Origin: the human T2T-CHM13v2.0 reference genome, Homo sapiens
DNA length: 64,000 bases
Direction: 5' to 3' (one strand)
NCBI RefSeq assembly: GCF_009914755.1
Contig: NC_060938.1
In this document: positions 27,630 through 41,596 of the stretch, in pieces
Layout: the number at the start of each line of letters is the position of its first letter
How positions within the stretch are numbered: the first letter of the stretch is position 1
Position numbers and translations under genes: made by a program
Notes under the pieces: generated by a model
What the model was told of the DNA's origin: nothing
Database searches by the model: none
Seen by the model: only the letters and a program-made list of their open reading frames with translations

Positions 27630-28008
27630 AGAACTCATGTAGATAGAGAGCACAAGGCTGGTTACCAGAGGCTGGAAAGAGCAGTGTGGGGGTTGCAGGG
27701 AAAGTGGGAATAGCTAATAGGTACAAAAATATATATTTAGAAAGAATAAGACCTAGTATTTAATAGCACAACAGGGTGACTATAATCAATAATTTAAGTA
27801 TACATTTAAAAATAACTAAAAGATTATAATTGAATTATCTATAACACAAAGGATAAATGCTTGAAGAAATGGATACCCCATTTACCATAATGCGATTATT
27901 GTTTATTATATGCTTGTATCAAAGTATCTCATGTACCCCATAAATATATACACCTACTATGTACCTAAAAATTTTTTTAAATTAAAAAGAATGTAAAAAA
28001 TAAAAAAT
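27630..28008 (+). mobile_element. L1MA (MA2/3-like) 3' end
   Basis: ggttaccagaggctgg...aatagcacaacagggtgactata...aaggataaatgcttga...cacctactatgtacc. Confidence 0.85.
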
Positions 28009-28404
28009 TCGAGTGAAAATAATTTCAATGGTGTTTATTGAACTATTTGCATGCCAATTCACTCTTCATTATCTTTTTCTGCTACAAACATAAGTATACG
28101 AACTTAATTTGTTCCTTGTAATCTAATTTCAATGACTACATGTGGCTATCCTAGGGAATTAGTACTTAATATCATAATTTAATAATTATCTTTAGAAATA
28201 AATTTTTAATTTGAAATTTTAAGAAATTAATATGAGGGTAGGAAGATTTGACAATATGAACACTAATGTTCGGATCTGCCTGTAACACAATAAGGAGTTT
28301 GAGATGGTAAACTGTAAGAAAAAGGAATACATTCATTCTCTAAAGAGTTCTGTACTGGAGCTTCTTAATCATTTCAATTTGTGCACTCTCAAACAACAGT
28401 ATTA

Positions 28405-28840
28405 CATCCAGGCAGGCTGTCCTTACTATTGTCAGGGTACAACTGACAACCTGTGGCCTTCTCATCTCACCCCAGGCTCCATCCAGCACCCTATGTGGCT
28501 CAAGCATTGAGTCCAGAAACACTGTACACATCCAACCCCTATTACTCCCTCAGAAAACTACACTTCAGCTACCACTTGGGCCCAGAGAGGTGTTCACACT
28601 GTCCCTGGAAGGACTTGACCTATGGAAGGGCCACAGATATTTCCTGCACATGGGCTCTGGCAGCTAGGTTGGGGTATTCTGGGGTCCTGAGTACCCAGAG
28701 CATGGTTTAGAAAAGAGAGACTGTGGCTATCAGTTGGTAGCCATGTATCCGTAGACCCAGCTATTTATTCCATTTGTAGAAGGGTTCTCTGAAGTGGGAG
28801 ATCCAAGGCAAGCACTCTGGCAGCCTCATCAAAGGCAGCT
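28405..28840. mobile_element. Ancient hAT DNA-transposon remnant (MamTip2-like)
   Basis: ctggggtcctgagtacccagagcatggtttagaa resembles my recollection of MamTip2; GC-richer block. Confidence 0.35.
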
Positions 28841-29334
28841 GGAGATGACAGTAGTCATCTCAAAGTTCTGCCAATAAGCCTATCTCTTTCAGAAACACAT
28901 CAGCTATTTTACTGTTAATATGGTGAAACGAGAAATAACCAAGTCGGTAGCTGTGGATGCACTTTTCCTGAGGCTTGCATTTCCCCATTATATCCAGCTT
29001 AGGCTGGACCAGAAGCCTCTTCCAAATGCCATAAGCCAACTAACTCTAATCTGTAAAATACTAGGTTGAATCAACCCATCCTTAGATAATACCCTGACTG
29101 ATCTGGAAAAGAAAAACCAAAAGTTGAATCTAATCATATCATAGACAATCAAGATAGACACAAGCAGACTACCAAGTTGAATAGCTCCTTGTTACCAATA
29201 ACAATAAAATAGTTATCAAGAAGGGCACTTTACGTGGGAGGGATTGCAGGTAAAAAGCAGCCTCCCCATTGCTCCTAGCATTATCCTACAAATAAAATGA
29301 AACACCACACTTACTCACTGGAAAACATCTGGTA

Positions 29335-29830
29335 GTTAATATAAAAGACTCTTTATAATCTAATACCAGACCACATTTTCCGCGGTGATCTTTTCTCATT
29401 CTTCCTCTCCTGCTTCTAATTTGTTGAAATATACTACGACTTCTGTCTTTGGAAACAATGTTTTATTCTTGCCTCCCTGAATTTCTTCCTATCTCCTGGT
29501 CAAGCATGGCCTTTTCAAAGCTCTATGACTTTGTGTGTAGGCTGTTTGTTTGTCTACTTCTTCACCTGGCAAACTCCTATTTAACCCTCAGAGTCCAACT
29601 TAAATACTATCTCTTAGTTCCCTGACCCATCCAAGCAGAGATGGTGCCTCCATTATCTGTATATATAGCAATTCATTAATATATACAGCAACACATACAA
29701 AGCTGTATTAAAGTAAGTATCTACACTAGTGGACTGTAGCATATTCTAAGAGAGGGACAAGGTCTTATTGTTCTTTAATCTCCCCTGTTTTGCACATAGT
29801 AGATTGATTGTTGTGTATCCACTTAAAGCA
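29335..29830 (+). mobile_element. L2 fragment
   Basis: cttcacctggcaaactcctatttaaccctcag...ctacactagtggactgtagc...gagggacaaggtctta. Confidence 0.65.
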
Positions 29831-31066
29831 TAACTTTTTAAAAAATAGAATAACTTCCATTCAGCATTACTTACGTGTACTGAGTAAAAGAGAAGGTTGG
29901 AAACAAAGATAGTGATTTTGTTTTTAATTTTATATAAATTGTATTTATCATTCTGCAACTAGCCTATTTGCACAAAGAATCAAGAGTCAGCAGCATGAAA
30001 AATCTTGGTTATTAGAAACTATGTAAAAGCAACTGGAGCCTAGCCATCCAATGCTGCAGTTTCCTATTTTATTTTTCAGTATCTAGTGTTTCTCTCTCTC
30101 ACTCTGCTGAGTAGTGAAAAGTTAGGATAATCCAATTCTTTAAATATTATTGATGCACAGGGGATCCAATTTTAATATTTGGAGAAGATAAATCTACTTG
30201 GAAGAATATACTGAATATTGTATTCTTTTCCACTATAGCAGAAGTGAGCAGTTATCAAAATGTAAATTTCAGACATCTAATTGTATGATATTCCACTCAC
30301 TAAACAAGGCCATGTTTTCATTAAAGCTTGGATTAAAATTCCAGTTGTGCATACACTTGGAATTTTAAAATTTCCTCATGAGTCCATATAGGTTGCATCA
30401 CCCATTCAAGGCAAAAGACACACACATACACACACACACATACACACACACTTAAGGCTACTTTTCTCATTTAGGGTATAAACACCACCATTCTGAGCTG
30501 GGAAAGGCAGAAGAAAAGTAACAGAAGGGAGGCTGTGGCTAAAAGGCCATTATGTACATAGAGCAGAAAGGTGTGTTTTTGTGTATATGTGAATATACAC
30601 ATGAGTGCATGTATGTGTTTGTCCAACTAATGAAAAGAAGGCATGACTGACACTGCAAAATTTCTCACTGCCAACCAAAAATCACCTAATATCAGACAAG
30701 AACGGATCTAGAAAATTACCCGAGCTCTCTAACAGGCAAACCTCAAACTTCCCACATTGTCTCCACACTAACGGCAGCTATATCATTTCAAAGCCCCCAT
30801 GAAACCAACAACCAAGAACTACTCTCCCCATCCATCATACTCTCTGCCCACATCCCATACCCGACAATAATAAAACCACATCCTAAAAGCAGCAGATCAA
30901 GACTTAAAAAAAAAAGAAAAAATTTAAGAATAACAGTATTGTCCAATCACTCAAATATCATCTTATCAAAAAAGCAATTTCCACCCTAAACCAACTGAAA
31001 GGCACCACAACACTTAGAAAGACATCAATCACATGGAATTATTTTATTTTTATAAAAGTAATTATA

Positions 31067-31350
31067 GGCCAGGCATGTCTGTAATCCCAGCACTTTGGGA
31101 GGCCGTGGTGGGCGGATCACTTGAGCCCAGCAGTCTGGGACCAGCCTGGGCAACATGGTGAAACTCCACATCTGCAAAAAATACAAAAATTAGCTGGGAG
31201 TGGTGGTGTGCACCCATGGTCCAAGCTACTCGGAAGGCTGAGATGGGAGGATCACCTGAGCCTGTCAGGTCAAGGCTGCAGTGAGCTGTGACCATACCAC
31301 TTCCCTTGAGCCTGGGTGACAGAACAAGATCCTGCCTCAGAAAAAAAAAA
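31067..31350 (+). mobile_element. AluJ
   Basis: gatcacttgagcccag, gggaggatcacctgagcc, gtcaaggctgcagtgagc; TSD-like aag(t/g)aattata. Confidence 0.92.
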
Positions 31351-31489
31351 GGAATTATAATAAAATCTGAAAAACATGAAATTGTGTTTACAATGAATCT
31401 TTAGTCAAGACATGCAAATAGTCTTCCTACTCTGAAAATAGACCTCAACCATAATTTGAAAAATATATAAAATCCTATTCTCCCACAAG

Positions 31490-32310
31490 TCAGTCAGGTA
31501 GTAAACAAGTGTTTTCTCGAGCTCCTGCTATTTGCTAGGCATTGTTCTATTAGGCCGTGGGTGAACGCATATGCAATTAAAATTTTTAAGATAATTTCAA
31601 ACACTACTAAATGTAATGAAGAAGTATGAAAATGTGAGAGCAAGTTCAAGTTATTGAAGAAGGCCTCCTTGTGGAGGTGACACGGAAGCCAAGAAAGATG
31701 AGAAGGAAAAAAAGCATTTCAAACAGAAGGAGCAAGTGCAAAAGACCCAAGGCAAAAAATGAGCCTTATTGAACGGAAATTAGTAAAAAGGAGGGAAAAG
31801 GAGTAAAAGTCATTAGAGATCTTCAAGCAAAAGTGTGCCTTGATCTGCTTTATGTAACAGCCACTTACATGTTAAGTGATCTTGGATGAATTACTAATCT
31901 CACTGTACCTGAGTTTCTTCATCTATAAAATGGGGATAGTAATAGCACCTACCTCAAAGAGTTGTGGTAAGGACTGAGTAAGTTAGCATGTTATAGCGCT
32001 TAGAACAATGCTTGGCAAAAGAAATTGTGAAATGAGTGTTAACCACTTTTTCATTAGCATTAATATCTTCTGTATCATCATCAGTAAAAAATAATCACTT
32101 GCTGGCAGATGAAATAAATAACTGGATGAATGTAAGAGTGGAGACAGAGAGACCAGCAGCTACCAGGCCACTGCATTAATGTCTGGGCAAATGATGATTT
32201 TAAACCAAGATTACAGAATGGGACAGATTCAAAATATATTTTATTAAGTTGATAGGATTATTCAATGAATTAAATATGCAAAGTGAACCAAATAAATTAA
32301 ATGAGACTCC
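31490..32310 (-). mobile_element. L2 with a nested plus-strand MIR (about 31865-32050)
   Basis: ctatttgctaggcattgttcta and gaaggcctccttgtggaggtgaca (L2); gagtttcttcatctataaaatggggatagtaatagcacctacctc (MIR). Confidence 0.7.
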
Positions 32311-32314
32311 TAGT

Positions 32315-33210
32315 TTTTAACAACTTAATTGAGATAAAATTCACACACCATATAATTTATCCATTTAAAGTGTACAACCTGATGGCTTTTGGTATATTCA
32401 CAGAGGTGTACAACCATCACCACAATCAATTTTAAAACATGTTGTTACCCCAAAAAGAAATCCCATATCACCCATCACGTTGACTCTCGTAGTCATGCAG
32501 TTATTTATTTCATCTACCAGCCAGAATCACTATTTCTTAATGATGATATAGATAGTACAACCACCAGTATCTAAAGATTTAACTGTTCAGGACATTTCAT
32601 ATAAACAGAACCACATAATATGTGTTCCCTTATGATTGACTTTTCATATGCATGAAGTTTTCAAGGTGCATCCATGTAGTAAAATTTATTAATACTGCAT
32701 TTCTTAGTGCTAAATAATAGTCCACTGTATGACTATACCATATTTTATTTATCCATTCGTCAGCTGATGGACATTCGGGTTGTTTATCCTTAAGGCTGTT
32801 GTAAACATTTGGCTGCTATGTACATGCGTGTACGGGTTTTTGCTTGACAAATGTTTTCATTTCTCTTGGGCATATTTCTAGGTTATATGTAACTCTATGT
32901 TAAACTTTTTAAGTAACTGACAGACTGTTTTCCAAAGTGGCTGCACCATTTCATATTCTCACCAGAAGTGTATACAGGTTCCAATTTCTCTATATCTTCG
33001 CCAGCAGTTGTTACTATCTTTTTTATTATAGCTGTCCTGGTGAGTATAAAGTAGTATCTCTTTGAGGCTTTGCTTTCCATTTCGCTGATGGCTAATGTGT
33101 TCATTTTCATGTGCTCATTAGCCATTTTACATCTACTATGGAGAACTGTCTATTCAGACCTTTATCCATTTTTTAATTGGGTTGTTTGTCATTTCATTAT
33201 TGAGTTACAG
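32315..33210 (-). mobile_element. L1MB-like 3' end
   Basis: attgagataaaattcacacaccat...tttaaagtgtacaa; ORF 32895-33125 is a decayed ORF2 C-terminus. Confidence 0.85.
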
Positions 33211-33918
33211 GGGCAAAGCAAAGCACCTTAGGCAAAGGCAAGGTTAATTTAGAAAGAAATAATTGTCCAATCTAATAGGTATGGTAGTGCACACAAGTTG
33301 TTAGCTCTTAAAGGCAGAGACTCTGCTATAATTTACTTTAAATAATATAGTTGTCCCTTTCACGGCACCTAGCAGAATTGAAATCAAATATTTTAAAGAA
33401 CATATGAAAATACTGGAATACTCCCAAAAAAAGAAGTTCTTCAGTTCTAATAGAAGGCTATAACATTTAAAACTAATTTCCTGTAGAGATTAACAAATGA
33501 ATTTCACTTCATGGGTCAATTCAAATCAGCTGGCAGAGACTACCTAGAACAGTGTTTTCAGAGTGATAATGAAGCTGTAGCTGACTTAGAACAAATTAAA
33601 TATAATAACATCTTCCATGAGCATCAGAAGGGGTAAATGGGGGCATTTGTGATAGAGCACCATCCCAAAGAAGGTTTATATATTTTGAAAATATAAAAGC
33701 AATTAAAGAAGATTGTTAAGGTGCAAAGGTTAAAAAAAAACTTGAGATATTTAGAGTACACACTTAATATCAGAAAATGATCAAATAAAATGCAAAGACT
33801 GTGCTTCTACCAAAATATTTACTTGGTGCCACTTTCAGAATCAGAATATTAGATCAAATAGATCATTGATCTAACTCAGTATGTCATTTCACACATACCC
33901 AGAGCCTCTATCTACTAA

Positions 33919-34208
<290 letters not shown>

Positions 34209-35082
34209 ATCCTCATTTTCATATAACTCAACAAAGACAAAATGGTGAGACTTACTTTTTCATGTAGTTGAAGGTGTGAATGACATGAGGTGTGAATAAT
34301 ATCACCAACAAGTCTTACACGATTCAGTAGTAATGAAAGTCTGTATAAATTATCAATGTCAATTCATTAACTCTAATATAGAGATGATTTCACATTATAG
34401 GTATATACATCACATTTCATCTTTTCAGCAAAAGTAAAGTTGCATAACATTTGCTTCTAAATACTACTTTCAAAGTGGTGACTCAGAGAAAAATTTAAAC
34501 AACTAGTTTTAATGACAGACCTCAAATATATATGGCATAAAAAGACAACAGTTTTAGTAATTAAATCATACAGTCTACAAGTTTACAACCATTTTGTATT
34601 ATACACATATCACATATAGATATTTTACCTCTCTAGGTTTTCAGAAACCGAAAGGACAGTGAGAATTTGGAACACAGAATACACAGTAGCTGCAGGAGTG
34701 GAGCCACCATTTCCAAACTACACAAACTTAGTTTCACGTGATCTTGTAGTGATACTGAGTATTTTTTAATTTATCACAGGAAAACAAAAGGATTCTGACA
34801 GTCTCTTCTGTGAGAACATTAATCTGTCAGGACTCTGTGAGGAGAGACAGCAAAGTCCAACAGTTTAAACCAAAACAAGAGGGCATGAAAAGCTGTATCT
34901 GATCAAGAAGGGCACTGGCATAAAGCAGGCTAAATAGGTACATGGGCTTAACACCAGCGAACCTCTCATTTGCTTCACGTCTTTGTTTTTTTCTGAGTGT
35001 TGGCTTAGTTCTCTGCTATCACTGACAGTTTTCTCTTCTTCACATGAAATATGGTTTCTGACAGAAAAGTTTTATAACCTTT

Positions 35083-35578
35083 TGATGAAGGAGATGGGCA
35101 GGACTTGTTTTCTGGACTTGTTACTCTGTCAGGATTTGGTAAAGTGAGGCCATCAGCAGGAACCGGCAGATGGCAATGAAAGTGATTCCTAGGTGCCCTC
35201 ATTGCTCATTGGCATAAGACACTCCCACCAGTGCAATGACAGTTTACAAATGCCATAGCAATGACCCAGAAGCTACCACCCCATTCCATGGCAACAATGC
35301 AGAAGTTACTGCCCCTTTCCTTGGAAGTTCTAAATAACCTGCCCCTTAATTTGCATGTAATTGAAAGTGCCTTTAAATGAGTATAAATACAGTTGTCAAG
35401 AGCCCATTCTTTGGACTCATGGTGCAATGCCTATAACTTAGCCCTGTACCCCAAGCAGTACCATTTAATAAAAGACTGCTAACACCTCCAGCTCAGCTAG
35501 TCCTAGAATTATTTCCCAGGGAATGCTAAGAACTCTTTGGGCTAAGCCCCAATTTTAGGGCTCACCTTTCCTGTATCA
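35083..35578 (+). mobile_element. ERV1 solo LTR, MER41-family-like
   Basis: TG...CA ends, near-TSD cttt/gttt, cataagacactcccaccag..tgacagtttacaaatgcca; TATAAA at 35382, AATAAA at 35467. Confidence 0.78.
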
Positions 35579-35929
35579 GTTTCAGTGCCATGACCAAAGC
35601 TTTAAAAAGATTATCTTTCCTATTTTGAGTTTGAAATTTTTTATCAAGGAGGGACAAGGAAAGGCCCAGACTAGATCACATCTCTTAAACAATCCCTGTG
35701 GTAAAATGAGTACTGGGCCAGATGAAGCCTGATTATAGCTATCCATGTGGGTAAGGAAACAGAATTCATTAGAAGAAAGAGGGGACATAGGACTAAAAAG
35801 TCACCCCAATGAGTTTTTATTACAATTTGCCAATATTAGAATATGAAACAGAGAAGTGAGAAAATGAAGCCAGGAAGAACAATTTGGAATGAAATCATGG
35901 CAATCCAGGAACTAAAAGACAAGTATTTG

Positions 35930-36520
35930 TTTTCAACACATAGTAACTGTGCACCACCGCAGCAAGGATAACAGATATGGTCCCTGGCCTTAGAGAATTT
36001 AGAGTCTAATGGGAAAGATGGAAAATACATAAATAAATCCATGAGCATATATATGCAAATAAAATTATAGTGCTGTGAAGTAAATTAATAGGTTGCAAAG
36101 ATAGAAACACAGAAAAGGACCTACTTAGATTGGGTAATGGAGCAAGATCCCTCCGAGGAGGTGACATTTCAACTGAGACCTAAAGGAGGAGGCCAAAGCT
36201 ATGTGCATAGGGAGGTGGGGGCTACAGGGTAAACGAGATGGGGGCAAAAAAACTACTGTGACACCTGTGAGGCAGAAATCGCCTCAGCATATAAGAGAAA
36301 CAAAAATAAGGCCAGCATAAAATGTGTCAGAACATAATGCTCAAGTTGAAGGGGGAGAATGGGTGAAGCTGGAGAATGGGCAGAAGGGATATTGCTAATC
36401 ATGGTAAAAAACTGGGATGTTTCCCTAAGTGCACGGTCCATTGAAAGGTTGAAGGACAGTAGTTGAGTGTCACAAAATGAATACTGCAAGCTGCTGAGAG
36501 GTGAATGACAGGAAAGGGCC
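35930..36520 (-). mobile_element. L2 fragment
   Basis: gatatggtccctggccttagagaatttagagtctaatggg...gaggaggtgacatttcaactgagacctaaagga. Confidence 0.75.
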
Positions 36521-36559
36521 ATGATTAAATGTGGATAAGGAGATATTGTGTCATTCCCT

Positions 36560-36755
36560 GCATTCCCAGCCAAGCCACATTCTACAAAGAAATCTCTTCA
36601 TTGTCTATGGATCCAAGGCTTGTTACTTTAACTCTGTAAGTATCAGCTTCCCCCTTAATAAAGCAGGAATAAAAATATCCACATCAAATGGAAGATTGTC
36701 CGAGAAATTATGTAACGTAAGTCTTGGTATATGGTAGGTACTCAGAAAATATTAG
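36560..36755 (+). mobile_element. MIR fragment
   Basis: attcccagc...gttactttaactctgtaagtatcagcttcccc...tggtatatggtaggtactcagaaaatatt. Confidence 0.55.
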
Positions 36756-37465
36756 GTCTCTTCTCATTTACTTCCTGTGTAGCTAATAAAAGTTCTTCCA
36801 AATTCATCAGCAGGTGCTAAGTTTTGAAAAATAAAAAACTAGACCTAGACAACTTGGTCTAGGTAGCGGAAACGAAGTATCTAAGCAATGCAGACAAACT
36901 AGTCTGAATGGAAAATAACCTTGACTTGATCAGAATATTTACTAGCCTCTATATTCTAAACCAAAAATCTGAACTACGAATTTAAGAATAAACTCTAAAT
37001 TCAACAACCATCCAAATTCTCTACCACAATCTATACAACACAGAGAAAACCTAAGTATGAAGGTAAATAAATATCCTTGAGTTGTTCATCTTTCTGATTT
37101 GCTCGTTATCTTTATCTGTTACCCAGGTGCATAATCGTGTTATTCCCTACCTTTTTAAAAAGTTACGTAGAAAATTTAAGAATTCAAAGAATCTATGAAA
37201 ATAATTTCTATACATCTTTAATTTCCCTTCTTACATATTGGTATTATGGCTATAAATTGTCTATATTGTAAGATCCCTTAAATAATTTTTACATATAAAA
37301 GATTTTTTCATAAATAGGATTAATATTAGAGAATATGAGCTTCAGGTTACATTCATCATCTTGGACTTCCCAAAGAGAACTCGACAACCCTGGCAATCAT
37401 ACTACAGATGATTCTCTTATAAAAAGAATAAGACCAAAAAATGGCCAGTATAAATGATCCTCTAG

Positions 37466-37794
37466 GGCTATTCTGTTCAATATGTTAGCCATGAGCCACA
37501 TATGACTATTAAACATTTGAAATGTGGCTGGTTGGAATTCAGGTGTGCTCTAAGGGTAAAATACATGCCGGATTTTGGCATCTCAGTTGAAAAACAAAAT
37601 GTAAAATATGTCAATAATTTTTCTTATTGATTATATGTTGAAGTGATCATATTTAGGATATAATGGGTTACATAAATACATGTTTAAAATTAATTTCACT
37701 TTCTTTTTACCTTTTTAATATTTTATTATCAGAAAATTTAAAACTATACATGTAGCTCATGTTTGTCTTGTTATGTTTCTTTTATACAGCACAG
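37466..37794. mobile_element. MER33 hAT-Charlie DNA transposon
   Basis: ctgttcaatatgttagccatgagccacatatgactatt...aaaatacatgccggattt...atacagcacag. Confidence 0.8.
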
Positions 37795-38919
37795 CTCCAT
37801 AATGATGTACATTTTAAATTAAATCAACTCTGCATAAATCTGTTATCGAACAAGTCAGGATATAAATAAATAAACAGGTGAATTCGTGAATAAGTGGATA
37901 AAGTTCATGATATGATATCTCTGGTTAAATGATTTCAAAACGTTGCTTAATAATTGTTTGAGCAAAGTGATAAGCATAAATAATTAGGCAAGTGTTTAAG
38001 TTAGTATTACATTTTGTCTGATGAATAAACATGAATTAAATTAAATGATTATGGGTCACATACTGTGCTAGTCATGGAACACATATATTTAAGACAAGGC
38101 TACTGCTGTCATGTGGTTTATAGTTTTACGGAAGGATATAAACAATAAAACAAATAAATGCATTAAAATGTTTTTGGTGCTGTGAGAAAGGCATTTAGTA
38201 GTTCTCTAAAAGAAATGTAAGAGGGCATTTTTCTTGTTTCAGAGCATGGACACTAATATCCATTTTATCCTTTGGAGCCGAAGATAGCCAAATGTCCTTC
38301 AGTGTGTGGGGGTGGCCTGAACCATCAAGGATGTTCAGTTCAAATTATTCATAGTGTCACTACTGAGAAACACCCAGCGTCATGCCATGCTATGAACAGG
38401 ATCACCACTGTAGAACACAACACAAATATCATAAGTATTTTCTGATGCTGGTTCCTGAACACTGTGGTGACTCCAGAGACTGGCTAAATATTGTGAGACC
38501 CCATTCTAAAAATGCAATCAACATAAGATTACACAAAATCATCTCTGTTCTTTGGTGTGTAAAATCCATACACATATACACTAACATATGTATATGTGAT
38601 ATATGTATACATATTTATATATTACAGACGCACACATATAAGTATATATAATATATATATAAATGTAACATGTATCATTAATATATTTTGCCGTTTTCAA
38701 GCTGAGAAAAGAAAAAATGTTTATTGAAGCATTTAACAGCTATAAAACAGAATGTTCATATATAAGCTTCTCTTTAAACTTTTTCCTTTACAAATAATTT
38801 TGTCACTAAAACAGGAATACCAATTTTGCCATTCTCATCTGATACCCAACTGACAATTAAGCAAACAGAGATGAAGAAGACAAGGAGGAGGAGGAGGACA
38901 GCATTCTGTCATCTGGTAG

Positions 38920-39239
<320 letters not shown>

Positions 39240-41046
39240 CTCTTTATCTTTTAAACATTACTAAGAGAATTGCCAATCTAGAATGGTAGAGTGAGCAAAA
39301 GACAGTCCCCATGTAATATAAAAATGCCAGAATCCTTAAAGGTGAAATGAGTCAAACTACTACCAATAGACATTAAGGTAATCACTATTTGATAACAACA
39401 ACTTTTAAATATGTATGAAACCTATAAACGTGTCATACTTCACTGTCAAACCTGCTCATCGCTTCCACCCAAATCAAAGAAAGATCCTTTAAAGAACTCA
39501 CATTCTAGAATCGTATTCAGGCTGGAGACAACAGAAATGTTTTAATCAATGCATAAATCTAGGGTAGTGAAGTTATTTGCCTCAAAAATAACAGTGTAGT
39601 ACCCTTTTCAAAATGTCTTACTACATAAACTTAATTGGCTCTATAAGAAGTGAAAACTTTGAACCATAAATTATAGAGGGAAATCTAGCATAATGGTAGA
39701 ACAGTGTCCAAAAAGTGATACCCTTTTTGCATTAAAATATTCAGGGCTAATTATGATTTTAGCACTTGTTTTTATCCTTGCTTTGTTCATTGGCCAAACT
39801 TAAACACTTCTCATCTCCTTCAATGAAAAGTGGTGCTATTATGTTCCTGGAAGCATGAGCAGGGTTCCTCAAAGCCTAATTTTAAGGTCTTAATTGGCTG
39901 AGGCAATGGGAGACCATACAAAGCCCACTTCACAGAGAAGGGCAAGATTGCCAGGTCACTTGAGAACAGATGAAGAGCTAACTGGAAGCTATTGCTGAAA
40001 CCTTACACAGTGTCCTGGGAAGTTTTAGCAAATAGTAACTTACGCAGAACAGAACACAATCATCCATCATCATAAAACAGAACCCAGAGGGGTTGAAGTT
40101 AGCTTGTAGAAACAGAACAGTTAAAAGATTAAAACTGTTATCCTCATTTAATAATTGAGTACCATAACAAACCAGACAAGCCTTATGGAGATTGGGTACT
40201 GTTATTGGTTCTGTGGTATGCTATTGCTTTCAAATATTTGGCTTCCTCCTGACCCTTAAGTCTCAGGAACCATGTGCTCACAATTAAAGAGGGTTGCTAT
40301 TTACTAACACTTTTGTTCATTTGGTATTACTGGATCCAAAGTCTACTTTAAAATTTGGAATGCTGAAGAATAATTCATTCATCCATCTGTTTATCCACCC
40401 AACATTTGTGGTGTGTTATGGAATAAAAGACACTTAAGACGTTGAATAAAATCATCTCAGCCCTCAATTAGTTCAATACTTAATAATATAATAATAATTA
40501 ATAATTTATCCAAATAGATACATTATAAGAACAGCCAATCTGGAATTGTTTTAAGTAAGTTACTTCCTTTTTCATTACTCCTAATTACTGGTGACAGGTT
40601 CCCAAAACAAACGAAACAGAGAAGACCAAATTTTATTTGTGAAATTCAAGACTCTATAGAAAAAGAAAAGGTAAAAATCTGGAATTAACCTCTGAAAAGC
40701 TTTTAGATTATTCTATGTTTACCTTAACGATAAAGACACATACTAGAAAAAGATATCCAATAATAATTTACACATTTGGGGTTGACAGTAGGACTTGCTA
40801 CTGATTTCTATACACTGTCTAGCGTTCAACTGAAACTCAGACACTCTTCTTGAAATTTCAATAAGATGTTTATAAATGTGTTTTACCTTGCTGTTACAAA
40901 AATATATCAGAGGCTTAATGTTTTTTTCTTTTTCAGGATAGTTCCTATGCTACTTCTGACTGTATACTCTAGCCTCCTTGCCTTGTTGTTTGCTCCTTTG
41001 TTCATTCACTCTTACTTAACTAAACAACTATTTATTGGGCACCTAC

Positions 41047-41151
41047 TATATATATATATCATACATTTATATATAATATATATCATACATATATATCATA
41101 TATACATATATCATATATATATATACATATATGATATATATATATATATAT
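41047..41151. repeat. (TA)n-rich low-complexity tract
   Basis: Read directly from the sequence. Confidence 0.9.
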
Positions 41152-41297
41152 GTCAGTGTTTGAAAAGAACAAGGAAAACCTCCATCTGCCCCTATTATAC
41201 ACCATGGGTGTCTTATTTCTCAGTTTTTTCCCTCTATTGGCAACTGGAATTCAATTCTCGAGTTTAGGTTTACTCTTTGTCATTCTTGTTTTCCCAA

Positions 41298-41596
41298 TTT
41301 TTTTTTTTTTTTTGATACAGAGTTTCACTATTGTCACCCAGGCTGTAGTGCAGTGGCACAATCTCGGCTCACTGCAACCTTCACCTCCCAGGTTGAAGTG
41401 ATTCTCGTGCCTCAGCCTCCCAAGTAGCTGGGATTACAAGTGCCCACCATGACGCCCGGCTAATTTTTGTAGTTTTAGTAGAGACGGGGTTTTACCATGT
41501 TGGCCAGGCCGGTCTCGAACTCCTGACCTCAAGTGATCTGCCCGCCTCAGCCTCCCACAGTGCTGGGATTACAGAGGTGAGGCACTGCGCCCAGCC
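41298..41596 (-). mobile_element. AluS, full length
   Basis: Poly(T) followed by a dimeric antisense Alu. Confidence 0.94.

Noticed and set aside
36843-36864. Hairpin acctagac-N6-gtctaggt
   Set aside because: An 8-bp stem is expected by chance in 64 kb.
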